Part shown: in pieces, positions 1 through 8,837 of the stretch | Layout: each line of letters begins with the position of its first letter | Numbering within the stretch: position 1 is the first letter of the stretch | Origin: a virus | Lineage: Duplodnaviria > Heunggongvirae > Uroviricota > Caudoviricetes | Length of the DNA stretch: 26,524 nucleotides | Direction: 5' to 3' (one strand) | IMG/VR virus record: IMGVR_UViG_2541047721_000003 | Position numbers and translations under genes: made by a program | The notes under the pieces: model-generated | What the model was told of the DNA's origin: nothing | The model's database searches: none | Seen by the model: only the letters and a program-made list of their open reading frames with translations

Positions 1-531
1 TTGAACAAAGCCTTTTGCGGTCAGCGAGGCGTCCGGGTGACGTCGTGACTGCTCGTGCTCTGATATTTTATCATCCACATATTTGCGGGTTGCCAGAACC
101 ACAGACGGGTCGATTTTCAGCGTGATGGCTTCGGTGTTCGTGACAACCAGAATCATGCGGATAGTCTGGGTGCGTCCACTGCCTTCCTGCAACTGCGGTT
201 TGTACGTTTCCGGGCAGTTTGCCACCGCAATGAGTACACCTTTATCATCATAAAGACCAATCTCACGGATCCAGAATCCTCCCTCGCTTTCAGGGATGAT
301 TTGCTCCGCAATAATCTGGCTCTGATTGTTAGGGTCAACACTCAGAAGATTCAGCGGTGCAATGCGTTTCTGGTTAATCAGTTTTGTTTGTGCAGGGTCT
401 GGTGTTGGTAACACACCATTTGCATCACCAACGGCCATTCGCGTCAGATTCAGCTTACTGCCGAGCATCGTCGCGTTAGCCAGTCGTGCCGCGCCCTGAT
501 TAGTCAGAATGGCGTAGTATTTCACTGTCAT
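1..531 (-). CDS. H: Tail fibre protein gpH, N-terminal part (gene continues beyond window start)
   Basis: ATG at 531..529 overlaps the stop of I (TGA 530..528). Translation begins MTVKYYAILTNQGAARLANATMLGSKL, resembling the conserved N-terminal region of P2 gpH. Sits after I in the conserved V-W-J-I-H order. No stop before position 1. Confidence 0.78.
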   Translation of the reverse strand, partial: MTVKYYAILTNQGAARLANATMLGSKLNLTRMAVGDANGVLPTPDPAQTKLINQKRIAPLNLLSVDPNNQSQIIAEQIIPESEGGFWIREIGLYDDKGVLIAVANCPETYKPQLQEGSGRTQTIRMILVVTNTEAITLKIDPSVVLATRKYVDDKISEHEQSRRHPDASLTAKGFVQ

Positions 532-1136
532 GCGTTTACTCTCAGATTATCAATTAAATGAATGGCCGGGGCAGGGAAATAATCCCCTTCGACAATAATG
601 GACTCCGGGGTGTAGGGATAAACCGTCAGGGCGTCGCCGTAATAGCATCCCGTACCAACGAAAATCTTTCCGTTCACACTCAGGCTGATCGCCAGCCCCG
701 TCAGATGGCGACTTACTGGTTTTGCATCCGCAATAAGGCGCTCAAGTTCCTGATACATTTCATCGGTGATGCCCTGATCAAGTACTCCGACAACAATGCG
801 AAATGTCCCAGGCTCCTCATTGAGTTGCCACCACTCCTTTACTTCAATCAGGTAGCCGAGAGGCTCCACGGCTCTTCGCAGTGCGCTGATGGTCCCTTTG
901 TGTCGGTGTATCAGCCATGCATCACGAATTACCTGTCGCTTTGTCTCTTCCGGCCAGTTGCGATCCCAGCGGTCAACGGAAAACGCCCAGGCGAGATAAG
1001 GCAGCAGATGCACCGGGCAGGTGTCCGGCGACCACAACGTGTTGAGGTCTACCGGAATGTCTGTAATGCGTGTTCCGACGGCTTCGGCACAACGCATGAA
1101 ATTGCTGGCTGATGGTGGTAACAACGAATTACTCAT
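528..1136 (-). CDS. I: Tail protein gpI (baseplate / tail fibre attachment)
   Basis: ORF-track frame 528..1169 begins with GTG; first ATG at 1136 (MSNSLLPP...) overlaps the J stop by 8 nt. Position between J and H matches P2 synteny. Confidence 0.72.
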   Translation of the reverse strand: MSNSLLPPSASNFMRCAEAVGTRITDIPVDLNTLWSPDTCPVHLLPYLAWAFSVDRWDRNWPEETKRQVIRDAWLIHRHKGTISALRRAVEPLGYLIEVKEWWQLNEEPGTFRIVVGVLDQGITDEMYQELERLIADAKPVSRHLTGLAISLSVNGKIFVGTGCYYGDALTVYPYTPESIIVEGDYFPAPAIHLIDNLRVNA

Positions 1137-2025
1137 TGCGTCCACCTTCGCTGATGGTGAATGACTCACAGCGCGCCGCCTGTATGTCGCTGATGGCCAT
1201 ATTCTGTGTGGGTTCGATTATCTCCACGCGTTGCACACCGTGCACATGCAGTGCGGCAGCAATGGCGGACAACGCCACGTCCTGACCGATAAGCCCCTGC
1301 TCAGCCAGCCACTTCCTGAACGACGATTCAGCCGCCGCCAGAATAGGTTCGGATTCCGGGCCGGGGTAAAAGTACAGTTTTGCATTCAGCCGCCATGTCA
1401 CGATTCTGGCGCTCTGTACAGTAAGGCGGTCGGCCACCGGGCGGGTATCCTCTGCATTCAGAACGGCGCGAACGGTATTAAGCAACGCCTCCGTTGCTGT
1501 GCCGTCGCCTTCAGTGGACAGGATGGAAACCGTCACATTTGCCGGAGACGGACTGATAGCCCGCGCATCACGCACCAGACCGCTGGCGCTGCGGGCAAAA
1601 TACTCGTATGCACCTGACGGGCCAGCAACACTCAGGCCATCGTACGCCCGCTGCGCCCGCAGTCTCAGCGAGGTGTCACTTTCCATCACTGCGTCGGTGG
1701 TATCTGTTGCCGGAGTGATGGTCAGGCGCTTTGTGTTCATATTGCCCGCGAGGTTGTCCAGGTCTGTCCCGGCGCTGTGGCTTAACATGCAGGCGCGTGC
1801 CCCCTCATTGACCCGCTGGCGTAACAGCATTTCACGAAAAGACATGGTTTGAGCGATAACGTTCAGGGGTTCCGATTCCAGCTCCAGCGCGGCGGAGACG
1901 GCTTCACGCTGTTCGGCAGGATAGGACGCAATCATCATGGCCTTTGTGTCAGCCAGAATTGCCTCAAAATCAGGCTTCGCGATGATGGCGGGTTCCGGTA
2001 ACTGGGAAAGGTCAACAGCAGGCAT
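1129..2025 (-). CDS. J: Baseplate assembly protein gpJ
   Basis: 298 aa, ATG at 2025 placed 3 nt after the W stop. Size and position match P2 gpJ (about 300 aa). Confidence 0.82.
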   Translation of the reverse strand: MPAVDLSQLPEPAIIAKPDFEAILADTKAMMIASYPAEQREAVSAALELESEPLNVIAQTMSFREMLLRQRVNEGARACMLSHSAGTDLDNLAGNMNTKRLTITPATDTTDAVMESDTSLRLRAQRAYDGLSVAGPSGAYEYFARSASGLVRDARAISPSPANVTVSILSTEGDGTATEALLNTVRAVLNAEDTRPVADRLTVQSARIVTWRLNAKLYFYPGPESEPILAAAESSFRKWLAEQGLIGQDVALSAIAAALHVHGVQRVEIIEPTQNMAISDIQAARCESFTISEGGRNE

Positions 2026-2028
2026 GAT

Positions 2029-2379
2029 TTACTCCCTCAGCGTGATGGTTAACTCAACATTCTGCATGGTCTGCATGACAGTGCCCGACAGCGTCACCCC
2101 GGCGCGGCCTCCTGCCTTCCAGACAACGTCGATGGCGTCCAGGGCAATGCGGGGTTCCCATCGTGTCAGCGCAATCACGGCAGCACTCATGCATTGCAGA
2201 CGCGTGGTGTTATTCATGGGTTCGTCAATCAAATCAGGTACAAGGCTGCCATATTCCCGTCGCATAACCCGGCTGGCCAGCGGGGTGGTCAGGATGTCCC
2301 TGACTGACTGTTTCAGGTGCTCCGTATCGTTCAGGTTTCCCGTCCCGTCCGGATTCATTCCTGTGTAGCAGGTTGTCAC
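2029..2379 (-). CDS. W: Baseplate protein gpW (GPW/gp25 family)
   Basis: 116 aa. N-terminus MTTCYTGMNPDG resembles P2 gpW N-terminus as recalled. GTG start overlaps the V stop (GTGA); an alternative ATG lies at 2358. Confidence 0.82.
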   Translation of the reverse strand: MTTCYTGMNPDGTGNLNDTEHLKQSVRDILTTPLASRVMRREYGSLVPDLIDEPMNNTTRLQCMSAAVIALTRWEPRIALDAIDVVWKAGGRAGVTLSGTVMQTMQNVELTITLRE

Positions 2380-2957
2380 TGCGGGCCTCCTGTCGAATCG
2401 CTGCCACCTTTAACGCCACCGTGTTTATGCGTATGCACTGTGATACCGTTTGAGGTGAAATTGCCGCCGCTGTGCGTGATATTGCCGCTCATCTTTCCCC
2501 CTTTTGTGACGTCAAGCGTCTCCGTTCTCAGAAGGTTTGTGCATTCCACGACGGGCGTGTCCAGTTTCACGCTGACGGATGCCTGTAAAGTGGCCGTTTT
2601 CATGCCGCTGGCGCTCAGTGCGCCTGCGTCCGCGTCGTAGCGGAACACCGCGCCGTCCGGCGCGCTGATCACGATTTCTTTCAGGCTTTTGCCGGGGGCC
2701 GGACTGGCATCACTCCACAGGCTGCCAATTATCATGGCGGTTTCCGGGTTGCCGCCAATGCAGGCAATTACTACCTGTTCGCCTAGTGATGGCGGCAGCC
2801 ACACATTGAAGGCTCCCGCGCGCGTGGTGTTCCAGCGCAGCCAGCCTGTTTCCAGTTCGCCGCTGCGAACGCGCACGCGCCAGGACTTCTCATCAACTTC
2901 AGAGATGATCCCGGTGCGGATGATATTGCTCAGCAGTCGCATGAGTTCTGCGCTCAC
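2376..2957 (-). CDS. V: Baseplate spike / assembly protein gpV
   Basis: 193 aa. Conserved-looking segments (IRTGII near the N-terminus, HTHKH..GG near the C-terminus) as in P2 gpV. GTG start at 2957 overlaps the S stop; an alternative ATG lies at 2942. Confidence 0.82.
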   Translation of the reverse strand: MSAELMRLLSNIIRTGIISEVDEKSWRVRVRSGELETGWLRWNTTRAGAFNVWLPPSLGEQVVIACIGGNPETAMIIGSLWSDASPAPGKSLKEIVISAPDGAVFRYDADAGALSASGMKTATLQASVSVKLDTPVVECTNLLRTETLDVTKGGKMSGNITHSGGNFTSNGITVHTHKHGGVKGGSDSTGGPQ

Positions 2958-3589
2958 CGTACAGCCTCCGCAATCCGGCCCAGCACCGTGTTATAAATCA
3001 GGCGCTCATCTGCCTGGCTGATACCCAACAGCTCACGTACCGGGTAATCGGTGAAAATGCCCGGCGCAACCTGATCGCGCTCACCGAACTGATGAACGCG
3101 TGCAATACGTGCGGCCACGCCGCTGTAACCTACCGTCACACCGGAGGCATCTGCACGGGCTTTCAGGTAGCGGGCGGTGCGCAGTTTTACGAACATGGGG
3201 ACGCGCTTTGTGCTGTCCTGGTTGATGCGCCGGGTGCGTATTTCCAGAAAACGGTCGATGTCATCCCGGTAAAACGTGCGGATATTGTTTTTATCCTCAT
3301 CCCACCCGGTGATGGTTCGCCCGTATTTCCCCGTGTCGTGATGCCAGTTTTTCAGCGTGCGTGCTTCGTTATTCCAGATAAAGCGAATGCGTTCCTGTAT
3401 CCGGGTTACGCGGCGTCTGCGTGGTGTCCACGCGGTCCCGTCCGGCGCTTTCTGTGACCGGATACGCGCCTGCTGGGCGCGGCGTAAATCCTGTGCCAGC
3501 TTTCTGGCGATGTTATTGATGGCCTGCTGATTCAGGCTGTCGCGGATGGCCTCAAAGGTTTCATCCACGCGGGTGAATGCCTTATCCAT
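2954..3589 (-). CDS. S: Tail completion / virion morphogenesis protein gpS-like
   Basis: Follows R and overlaps its 3' end, as R/S do in P2. Contains an HQFG..PG.F..YP segment typical of the gpS family. Start ambiguous: ATG 3589 or GTG 3598. Longer than P2 gpS (about 150 aa). Confidence 0.65.
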   Translation of the reverse strand: MDKAFTRVDETFEAIRDSLNQQAINNIARKLAQDLRRAQQARIRSQKAPDGTAWTPRRRRVTRIQERIRFIWNNEARTLKNWHHDTGKYGRTITGWDEDKNNIRTFYRDDIDRFLEIRTRRINQDSTKRVPMFVKLRTARYLKARADASGVTVGYSGVAARIARVHQFGERDQVAPGIFTDYPVRELLGISQADERLIYNTVLGRIAEAVR

Positions 3590-4049
3590 CGCTTTCACCC
3601 CACGTCACATCCTGGAATACATGCGACCAGTCGCCTTCGGAAGATGGCAGGCGGGGTTTTGGCTCCGGCAGGTGTTCTGCCTGCGGTGTGCCCTGACTGT
3701 TGCGCGTGATGCGAACGCGTTCCCGCAGGGGGAGCGTAAACAGGAGATCGGCGCTGTCATCGTCATTGATAACGGCGGAGAATTTGATGTCCTGATTACG
3801 CTCAGGGTTGAGCAACAACTGTGGCTGATTTTCGGATAACCACGCCAGCAGCGGCAGCGTGAGGTCGTCCAGCTCTCCGGCGTAATCCATGACAAACATC
3901 ACCATCTGATAGCGGTAAACAAACGAGGGCGTTTCCCCGGTCGTTTCAATGTTGCCGCTCTCCACGAAAATGGTGAATTTCTCGGGATTAGCCTGGCACC
4001 ACCGACACCCATGAAGCATGGACTCTCGCAGACTGTTTGTCTTAAACAT
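3582..4049 (-). CDS. R: Tail completion protein gpR
   Basis: 155 aa, the same length as P2 gpR. LLAWLSENQP-type motif region resembles gpR. ATG at 4049. Confidence 0.8.
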   Translation of the reverse strand: MFKTNSLRESMLHGCRWCQANPEKFTIFVESGNIETTGETPSFVYRYQMVMFVMDYAGELDDLTLPLLAWLSENQPQLLLNPERNQDIKFSAVINDDDSADLLFTLPLRERVRITRNSQGTPQAEHLPEPKPRLPSSEGDWSHVFQDVTWGESDG

Positions 4050-4072
4050 CTGTTTTGCTCTCCTGCTCTTCC

Positions 4073-5950
4073 TTATGCTGCGGGATTATTGATTTCCAGC
4101 ACCAGGCTGCCGATATCGACGCCATACGTTGCATTTTTGGTAATATCCGTCAGCGTCAGTGCATTCAGCCCCAGTGTCAGACTGTCTTTTATGACCTGGA
4201 ATGCCGGGCCAACCAGTCCATTCAGTTTCGGAGTAACCGTGGCACTGCCGGCGGTGAACACCAGCTCCAGCGTCTGCCAGTCGTTACTGTAATTCCCGAA
4301 CTCGCCCAACTTTGTGTTTCCGGCTTTCTTGTGATGCATCAGATTCAGTTTGCCGTCTGTGGTCTGGGTGAAGAACGACATCAGGAACGGGTTACCAGTC
4401 CCGGTCATCGCCACGACGTCAGGTAACGCTACATCGGTATACAGATAAATTCCCAGACCGAACTGGTTGTTGGTCAGTGCGCCTGACAGTCGAAACTTAC
4501 AGCTCAGTCTGCCACCCCGTGTCAGCAGGGAGACTGCGTCATCCACCGGGCGCGTCAGGGACCAGGCTTTATTGCTCTGCTTGGCGATCTTAAATACACC
4601 ATCTGACAACTGAATTCCGCCATTCTTAATGCTCCAGCCCTGCGCAGCAGCATCTCCGGCTGTCGGCAACAGGGAGATTGTGCGTACGGATGCATCTTCA
4701 GACGGCCCCGATGGCGTGTCGCCGCCGGGCGAGGGTTTGATTTCCGGTGCCTTACCACTGATGAAGGCTGAGGTGCGCCCGGCTGCGTTCAGAATAGCGG
4801 TTGCCATACGATCCGGAATAATGCTCCTGCGCGCCCATGAACTGAAATGTGTCGGGCGGTTTGATGATACCCAATTACCATTACTACGGGATTGCGCGCC
4901 GTAATAACCTGCATCAGCAATATCCGGGTCTTCTGCCGGTAAGTTGGTGGGCGTGTTGTTGCCGTTACCGTCGGTCATGAACGGCACAAAGAAAACGTTG
5001 TCGCTCTCCCTGTTTTTGTACGCGCCGTAGACGGAGTCATACTGTGTGCCGTATGTGTTTTTCCAGTAATACGTCGTGTCGCCACAAATCCACGGTACAA
5101 CTGCAGCACTGCCGCCATGGCACTGCGCGTTAAATCCGGAAAGGTCAGTACGGAACTGCTTCAGCATGGCCGTGAACAGGTCCGGTTGCTGTGCGTAGGT
5201 GGCAGCGCTCATGTCAAATTCGCCCTGCATCCAGCACACCGCCAGCAACACATTTTTCGGGTTCTTCTGTAATGCCGCTTTGGTGCGTGCGATCAGGTCC
5301 TGATATAACGGTTTACCCACACCCCAGCGTGCCGAATCCTGGCTGGCCCCCGTGTCCGCACTGAATGTCCCCTCCGCGCCCTGGGTGAATGCCGAACCAC
5401 CACGACAGCATGGTACCAGCAGGATCCCCGCGTTATTCGGGATATACGGAAGCAGTTTTTTGGCAATATGTAAGCCCTGGCCGACACAGCCGTACTGCCC
5501 TTTGCTCAGGTCTGCCTTCGGATGATTCAGTGCGCTCATATCCTGAACATCATGCAGGCAGTGGTCTGCCGGAATGATGTCGTTAAATGCGCATGCTTTA
5601 CCACCGGGAGTCACTGTGTTGCGACGGGCCAGTTGCTTAATGCGTGGGTGGGGCGCATCGTAAGAATCCGGCAGCGGCATTCCCTCACCATATGACATGG
5701 CATTGGATTGACCAGCAAGTACCACCACGTAATACCACTCCGGCACGCTGCCGTGCTGGGGGGAATCAGGTGAGATGTCTGTAGTGCCATCGGCCACCAT
5801 TGCCTGCATTAGATACCACGGGGTGCCGGGTTCGTAGGCAACCCGCGTCTCCCCCTGAAGATGCCACCCTTTCGCAAGATGTTCATTCACCTTTTGAGTC
5901 AGTTCAGCCTGTGTCATGGCTGTAATCAGTGCAAAGTTCTTACTGGTCAT
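4073..5950 (-). CDS. Cargo esterase: N-terminal DUF1737-like domain + SASA/SGNH-type carbohydrate O-acetylesterase domain + C-terminal putative carbohydrate-binding domain (NanS-p-like)
   Basis: 625 aa. ATG at 5950 overlaps the stop of the o-spanin gene (ATGA). GQSN motif (VVVLAGQSNAMSYGEG) characteristic of the SASA esterase family. About 60-aa N-terminal module like the DUF1737 of prophage NanS-p proteins. Placed between lysC and R, where P2 has no gene. Confidence 0.7.
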   Translation of the reverse strand: MTSKNFALITAMTQAELTQKVNEHLAKGWHLQGETRVAYEPGTPWYLMQAMVADGTTDISPDSPQHGSVPEWYYVVVLAGQSNAMSYGEGMPLPDSYDAPHPRIKQLARRNTVTPGGKACAFNDIIPADHCLHDVQDMSALNHPKADLSKGQYGCVGQGLHIAKKLLPYIPNNAGILLVPCCRGGSAFTQGAEGTFSADTGASQDSARWGVGKPLYQDLIARTKAALQKNPKNVLLAVCWMQGEFDMSAATYAQQPDLFTAMLKQFRTDLSGFNAQCHGGSAAVVPWICGDTTYYWKNTYGTQYDSVYGAYKNRESDNVFFVPFMTDGNGNNTPTNLPAEDPDIADAGYYGAQSRSNGNWVSSNRPTHFSSWARRSIIPDRMATAILNAAGRTSAFISGKAPEIKPSPGGDTPSGPSEDASVRTISLLPTAGDAAAQGWSIKNGGIQLSDGVFKIAKQSNKAWSLTRPVDDAVSLLTRGGRLSCKFRLSGALTNNQFGLGIYLYTDVALPDVVAMTGTGNPFLMSFFTQTTDGKLNLMHHKKAGNTKLGEFGNYSNDWQTLELVFTAGSATVTPKLNGLVGPAFQVIKDSLTLGLNALTLTDITKNATYGVDIGSLVLEINNPAA

Positions 5951-6228
5951 TGTGTTACTCCCGTCTGGTGTGTCAGTTCGGCTATTCTCTTATCCAGTTC
6001 AGCAATGGCCCGTTTATCCGCGTTACAGGTTTCCAGTGCATCCAGAAGGCGGTCGCCCCATATTCCGAGGTTTCCCCATGTGGGTGGGTCAGGGAAGGGG
6101 GGAGGCGTTACCGGCATGGTCAGCGTCTGCGGTATAAGCCGGACTGACGGCGCTGGCCCTGGCGCGTTCTGCGTGCCTGCGCAACCTGTCAGTAAAACGA
6201 GCGTCAGGCAAAGCGTGGGCGCATTCAT
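5947..6228 (-). CDS. lysC: o-spanin (Rz1/LysC-like outer-membrane lipoprotein)
   Basis: Starts in the +1 frame inside the Rz-like gene and extends past its stop (overlapped architecture, as in P2 lysB/lysC). Product MNAPTLCLTLVLLTGCAG... has a lipobox (LLTGC) and is proline-rich. ATG at 6228; the longer frame from 6258 is GTG-initiated. Confidence 0.65.
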   Translation of the reverse strand: MNAPTLCLTLVLLTGCAGTQNAPGPAPSVRLIPQTLTMPVTPPPFPDPPTWGNLGIWGDRLLDALETCNADKRAIAELDKRIAELTHQTGVTQ

Positions 6229-6484
6229 CTTTTGCAATATCGTTGCGTAGCTGTTCACGTCTTACCTCTCCGTCCTGATTGCGTTGCTGATTTTCCGCGC
6301 GGAGCTGAGCCAGCACCTGCTGCATATCCTGTACCCCGGCGCTGATGATATTCAGTGTGTCGACGGTACTTTTCAGGGTGCTGGCCTGCGCTTCGTTTCT
6401 GGCGTTCTCCCGGCCCAGCGACCACGACAGACGCATGGATGTAATCAGAAGGAAAGCGACGCCAAGCGTGGGCCAGAGCTTCAT
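6089..6484 (-). CDS. lysB: i-spanin (Rz/LysB-like)
   Basis: ATG at 6484 overlaps the endolysin stop (ATGA). N-terminal TM segment (MKLWPTLGVAFLLITSM) followed by a charged, Q/R/E-rich helical region. Contains the embedded o-spanin gene. Confidence 0.65.
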   Translation of the reverse strand: MKLWPTLGVAFLLITSMRLSWSLGRENARNEAQASTLKSTVDTLNIISAGVQDMQQVLAQLRAENQQRNQDGEVRREQLRNDIAKDECAHALPDARFTDRLRRHAERARASAVSPAYTADADHAGNASPLP

Positions 6485-6873
6485 GCCGGATAGGCTCCGT
6501 GTGGTAACTGAAAATGCGGTCCGTCTTTCAGGGTCTTCCAGTCGCCGCCCCATTCCACCGGAATATTCAGTTCCTGGCTGGCCTGTCTGAATGCTGCTGC
6601 GATTTTTTCGTACAGCGGCCATTCCCATGACACCTGGTTGCCGACATAAGCCACAACATCCACGGCATGCCCTGTGAGATGGCGACTGTTCATGGTCTGG
6701 CTCTTGCCTGTGGTCACGAGCTGCTTCTGACGATAACGACTGCGCAATCCTTCGGTGATACCAAAATCCACTTCCGAGATTTCCAGCGCCCGTCGGGTCA
6801 CTTTCACCAGATCAGGATTTACACCCTGCAAATTCTTTTCGCTCCGGCTGCTGAATTTAAATGTGTTGCTCAT
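6481..6873 (-). CDS. Endolysin, peptidase M15 family (L-alanyl-D-glutamate endopeptidase type)
   Basis: 130 aa. Zinc-ligand style motifs SRHLTGHAVDV and DGPHFQL typical of M15 endolysins. AAGGAGAGG RBS; ATG overlaps the holin stop. Not the P2 K lysozyme type. Confidence 0.8.
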   Translation of the reverse strand: MSNTFKFSSRSEKNLQGVNPDLVKVTRRALEISEVDFGITEGLRSRYRQKQLVTTGKSQTMNSRHLTGHAVDVVAYVGNQVSWEWPLYEKIAAAFRQASQELNIPVEWGGDWKTLKDGPHFQLPHGAYPA

Positions 6874-7193
6874 TCGTTCCTCTCCTTCACCCTGCGATCA
6901 AATATTGCAATAACCTTGTCGCGTGCTTTCTCTGCGCCCATAAAACCGATTGAGGCACCAAAAAACGTCACTGCATCCTCAGGGATCCCGAAGAAGCGCA
7001 GCGACCCGGCCACGGCCATGGCAAGAACGCCGCACGCCAGCGATCCCGTTACGGTCTGAACCAGTGTTCGTCCGTCATAAAGACTCATCAGCGCGGAAAT
7101 GCTGACCGCCGCGCCTACTGCATACACCGTTGGCAGGTGGTCAAAGAGCCACGCAATAACCTGCTCTGTGATCCCTGTTTGAATGGTGCTCAC
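6870..7193 (-). CDS. Holin (putative, about 107 aa, 2-3 TM segments)
   Basis: Directly upstream of the endolysin with stop/start overlap. GTG start at 7193 preceded by GGGGGGAG RBS, just after the X stop. Hydrophobic segments VIAWLFDHLPTVYAVGAAVSISALM and GSLACGVLAMAVAGSL. The 180-aa ORF-track frame extends upstream into X and is not credible. Confidence 0.6.
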   Translation of the reverse strand: MSTIQTGITEQVIAWLFDHLPTVYAVGAAVSISALMSLYDGRTLVQTVTGSLACGVLAMAVAGSLRFFGIPEDAVTFFGASIGFMGAEKARDKVIAIFDRRVKERNE

Positions 7194-7195
7194 TG

Positions 7196-7396
7196 CTACT
7201 CCCCCCACAACTGAATCATTTCTCGTTTCTTCTTCTCCGGCTCCGGCATCTCCACTTCCTGCCCGGCGTCCAGAAATACCTGCTGACAGAGTCCGGGGTT
7301 GGCATCCAGCACCTTTTCGGTGACGCCCTGTGTCGTGCCGTAGTACCGGAAACAGAGCGAATCCACGGTGTCGCCTTCCAGTGCCTTCACTTTCAT
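7196..7396 (-). CDS. X: Tail protein gpX
   Basis: 66 aa from ATG 7396 (MKVKALEGDTVDSLCFRYYG...), matching P2 gpX in size and N-terminal pattern. Overlaps the L stop (TGATG). Confidence 0.8.
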   Translation of the reverse strand: MKVKALEGDTVDSLCFRYYGTTQGVTEKVLDANPGLCQQVFLDAGQEVEMPEPEKKKREMIQLWGE

Positions 7397-7890
7397 CAGC
7401 ACAGCTCCGCAAACATTCGCGGTCGTCCCAGAATGTCAGAGATGGCCCAGCTCACATCGCGCCACAAATCCGATGTCTGTATATCCAGTGCGTCCGCCCG
7501 GCGATCGCCCTTGTCCGTTGTGTCCGCATCGCGGTAACGCTCCAGAATCAGGGCACGTGTGGCGGTATAAACAGCATTGCGCCAGTGCCAGAGATTGACG
7601 CTTTCTCCGTTAATTACGGGTGCCGGAACATCGGCCAGCGTCTGATGGCCAGCCGCCTGCTGTTCCTGCTGCCACGCTTCCAGCTCGCGGGTAACGTGTG
7701 CTATGGCCCCGGTGGCGGTATGCAGCAGGCGGGAGGTGGTCACGCGGCCCGGCAGTCGTACCGCCAGACGCAGCTCACGCAGCACAATATCCGGCCAGAA
7801 TGCACCCGCTGAAATACGGGTATCACCATCATCGGTATCGGTGATGTCGTCCTCTGCGGGGCCGGGGTTGGTTCTGGCAACCATACTCAT
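7396..7890 (-). CDS. L: Head completion / stabilisation protein gpL
   Basis: About 164 aa from ATG 7890 (AGGAG RBS 8 nt upstream); the track's 7899 start is GTG. C-terminal DLWRDV..W..I.G.PR region resembles P2 gpL. Confidence 0.8.
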   Translation of the reverse strand: MSMVARTNPGPAEDDITDTDDGDTRISAGAFWPDIVLRELRLAVRLPGRVTTSRLLHTATGAIAHVTRELEAWQQEQQAAGHQTLADVPAPVINGESVNLWHWRNAVYTATRALILERYRDADTTDKGDRRADALDIQTSDLWRDVSWAISDILGRPRMFAELC

Positions 7891-7991
7891 GGGGTTCACT
7901 CCTGAAAAAATCGGGCGGTGGGTGTGCGGTGTAAACGGTCACGGAGTCAAACCGGAACACCGCGCACGCCGCCCGCTGACGGGGTCAGTCG

Positions 7992-8792
7992 TTAACCGCG
8001 CTTTGCCTTCTGCGTCGCGGTGGTTTTTCGTGTTGCAGGCTTCCGCGTTGTCTTTTTACTTTTGCTGCTTTCGTCCTGCGCCTGCGGTGTGCTGGCATCT
8101 TCTGGTGCGGCTCCGGAATCAGCTTTTTTCAGGGCGCGGGAAAGGGTTGCAATCTCGCGTTTCACACCTGCGTTCGGGTTCAGATGCATCGCTTCGCGCA
8201 GCAGCTTCAGTGATGAGGCCATGCTGTCCGCATCGCTCAGGCCACGGCGGGCAAAGGCGCACGCCTTGCATAATTTGGCGCGCACTTCGTCCGGCATATC
8301 CTGGTTGGCGACAATTTCCCAAAGTGTGTCCAGTGGTTCGATAAAGGCGGATAAATCCGCGTCGGCATCCGTCCCGGCCTGCGTCAGTACCGGGTTGCAG
8401 ATTTCTTCGGTCAGTACCGTGGCGGCAGTACGTCCAAAGTTATCCGGCATGATGAGGTTGTGACGGACCACATATGCACCAATACGCAGCGCCAGCGGAA
8501 GATCGCCGCAGTCAATCGCCCACACCATCAGCGTGGCAATCACTTCGTCCTGCTGCCCGCCGTCAGCCTCCAGCGTTCCCTCAATCCAGCCGGAAAAGTC
8601 CGGCAACAACTCTTTTTTGATGGCGGCTTTCGAGCTTCTGGCCTGTACGCCCTTAAGCCGGGCCTGTGCCAGACGCAGACGATACAGCACCTCTTCATGC
8701 GCGGTACGCGCGGCGTGGTCCACACCTTCATTCGCCCGGCCTGCGCGCTGTGCCATCACGTTCTGCCAGTGTTGTTGTGCAGGAGTAATCAT
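7992..8792 (-). CDS. M: Terminase small (endonuclease) subunit gpM
   Basis: 266 aa, ATG with GGAGAG RBS. Position between N and L as in P2. Basic K/R/T-rich C-terminal tail. Confidence 0.78.
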   Translation of the reverse strand: MITPAQQHWQNVMAQRAGRANEGVDHAARTAHEEVLYRLRLAQARLKGVQARSSKAAIKKELLPDFSGWIEGTLEADGGQQDEVIATLMVWAIDCGDLPLALRIGAYVVRHNLIMPDNFGRTAATVLTEEICNPVLTQAGTDADADLSAFIEPLDTLWEIVANQDMPDEVRAKLCKACAFARRGLSDADSMASSLKLLREAMHLNPNAGVKREIATLSRALKKADSGAAPEDASTPQAQDESSKSKKTTRKPATRKTTATQKAKRG

Positions 8793-8837
8793 TTTTTCTC
8801 TCCGTTACAGGCGGGCATGATGCCCGCCGTGAGTTGA

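Noticed and set aside
558-1112. 184-aa plus-strand ORF (also 7703..8344 + and 16035..16553 +)
   Set aside because: All lie antisense to well-supported structural or partition genes (I, M/L, parM) and have no start context. Shadow ORFs.
6870-7412. 180-aa ORF covering the holin frame plus an N-terminal extension
   Set aside because: The extension overlaps gpX in a different frame and is Arg/Gly-rich. A GTG with a G-rich RBS just after the X stop (7193) gives a holin-sized product.
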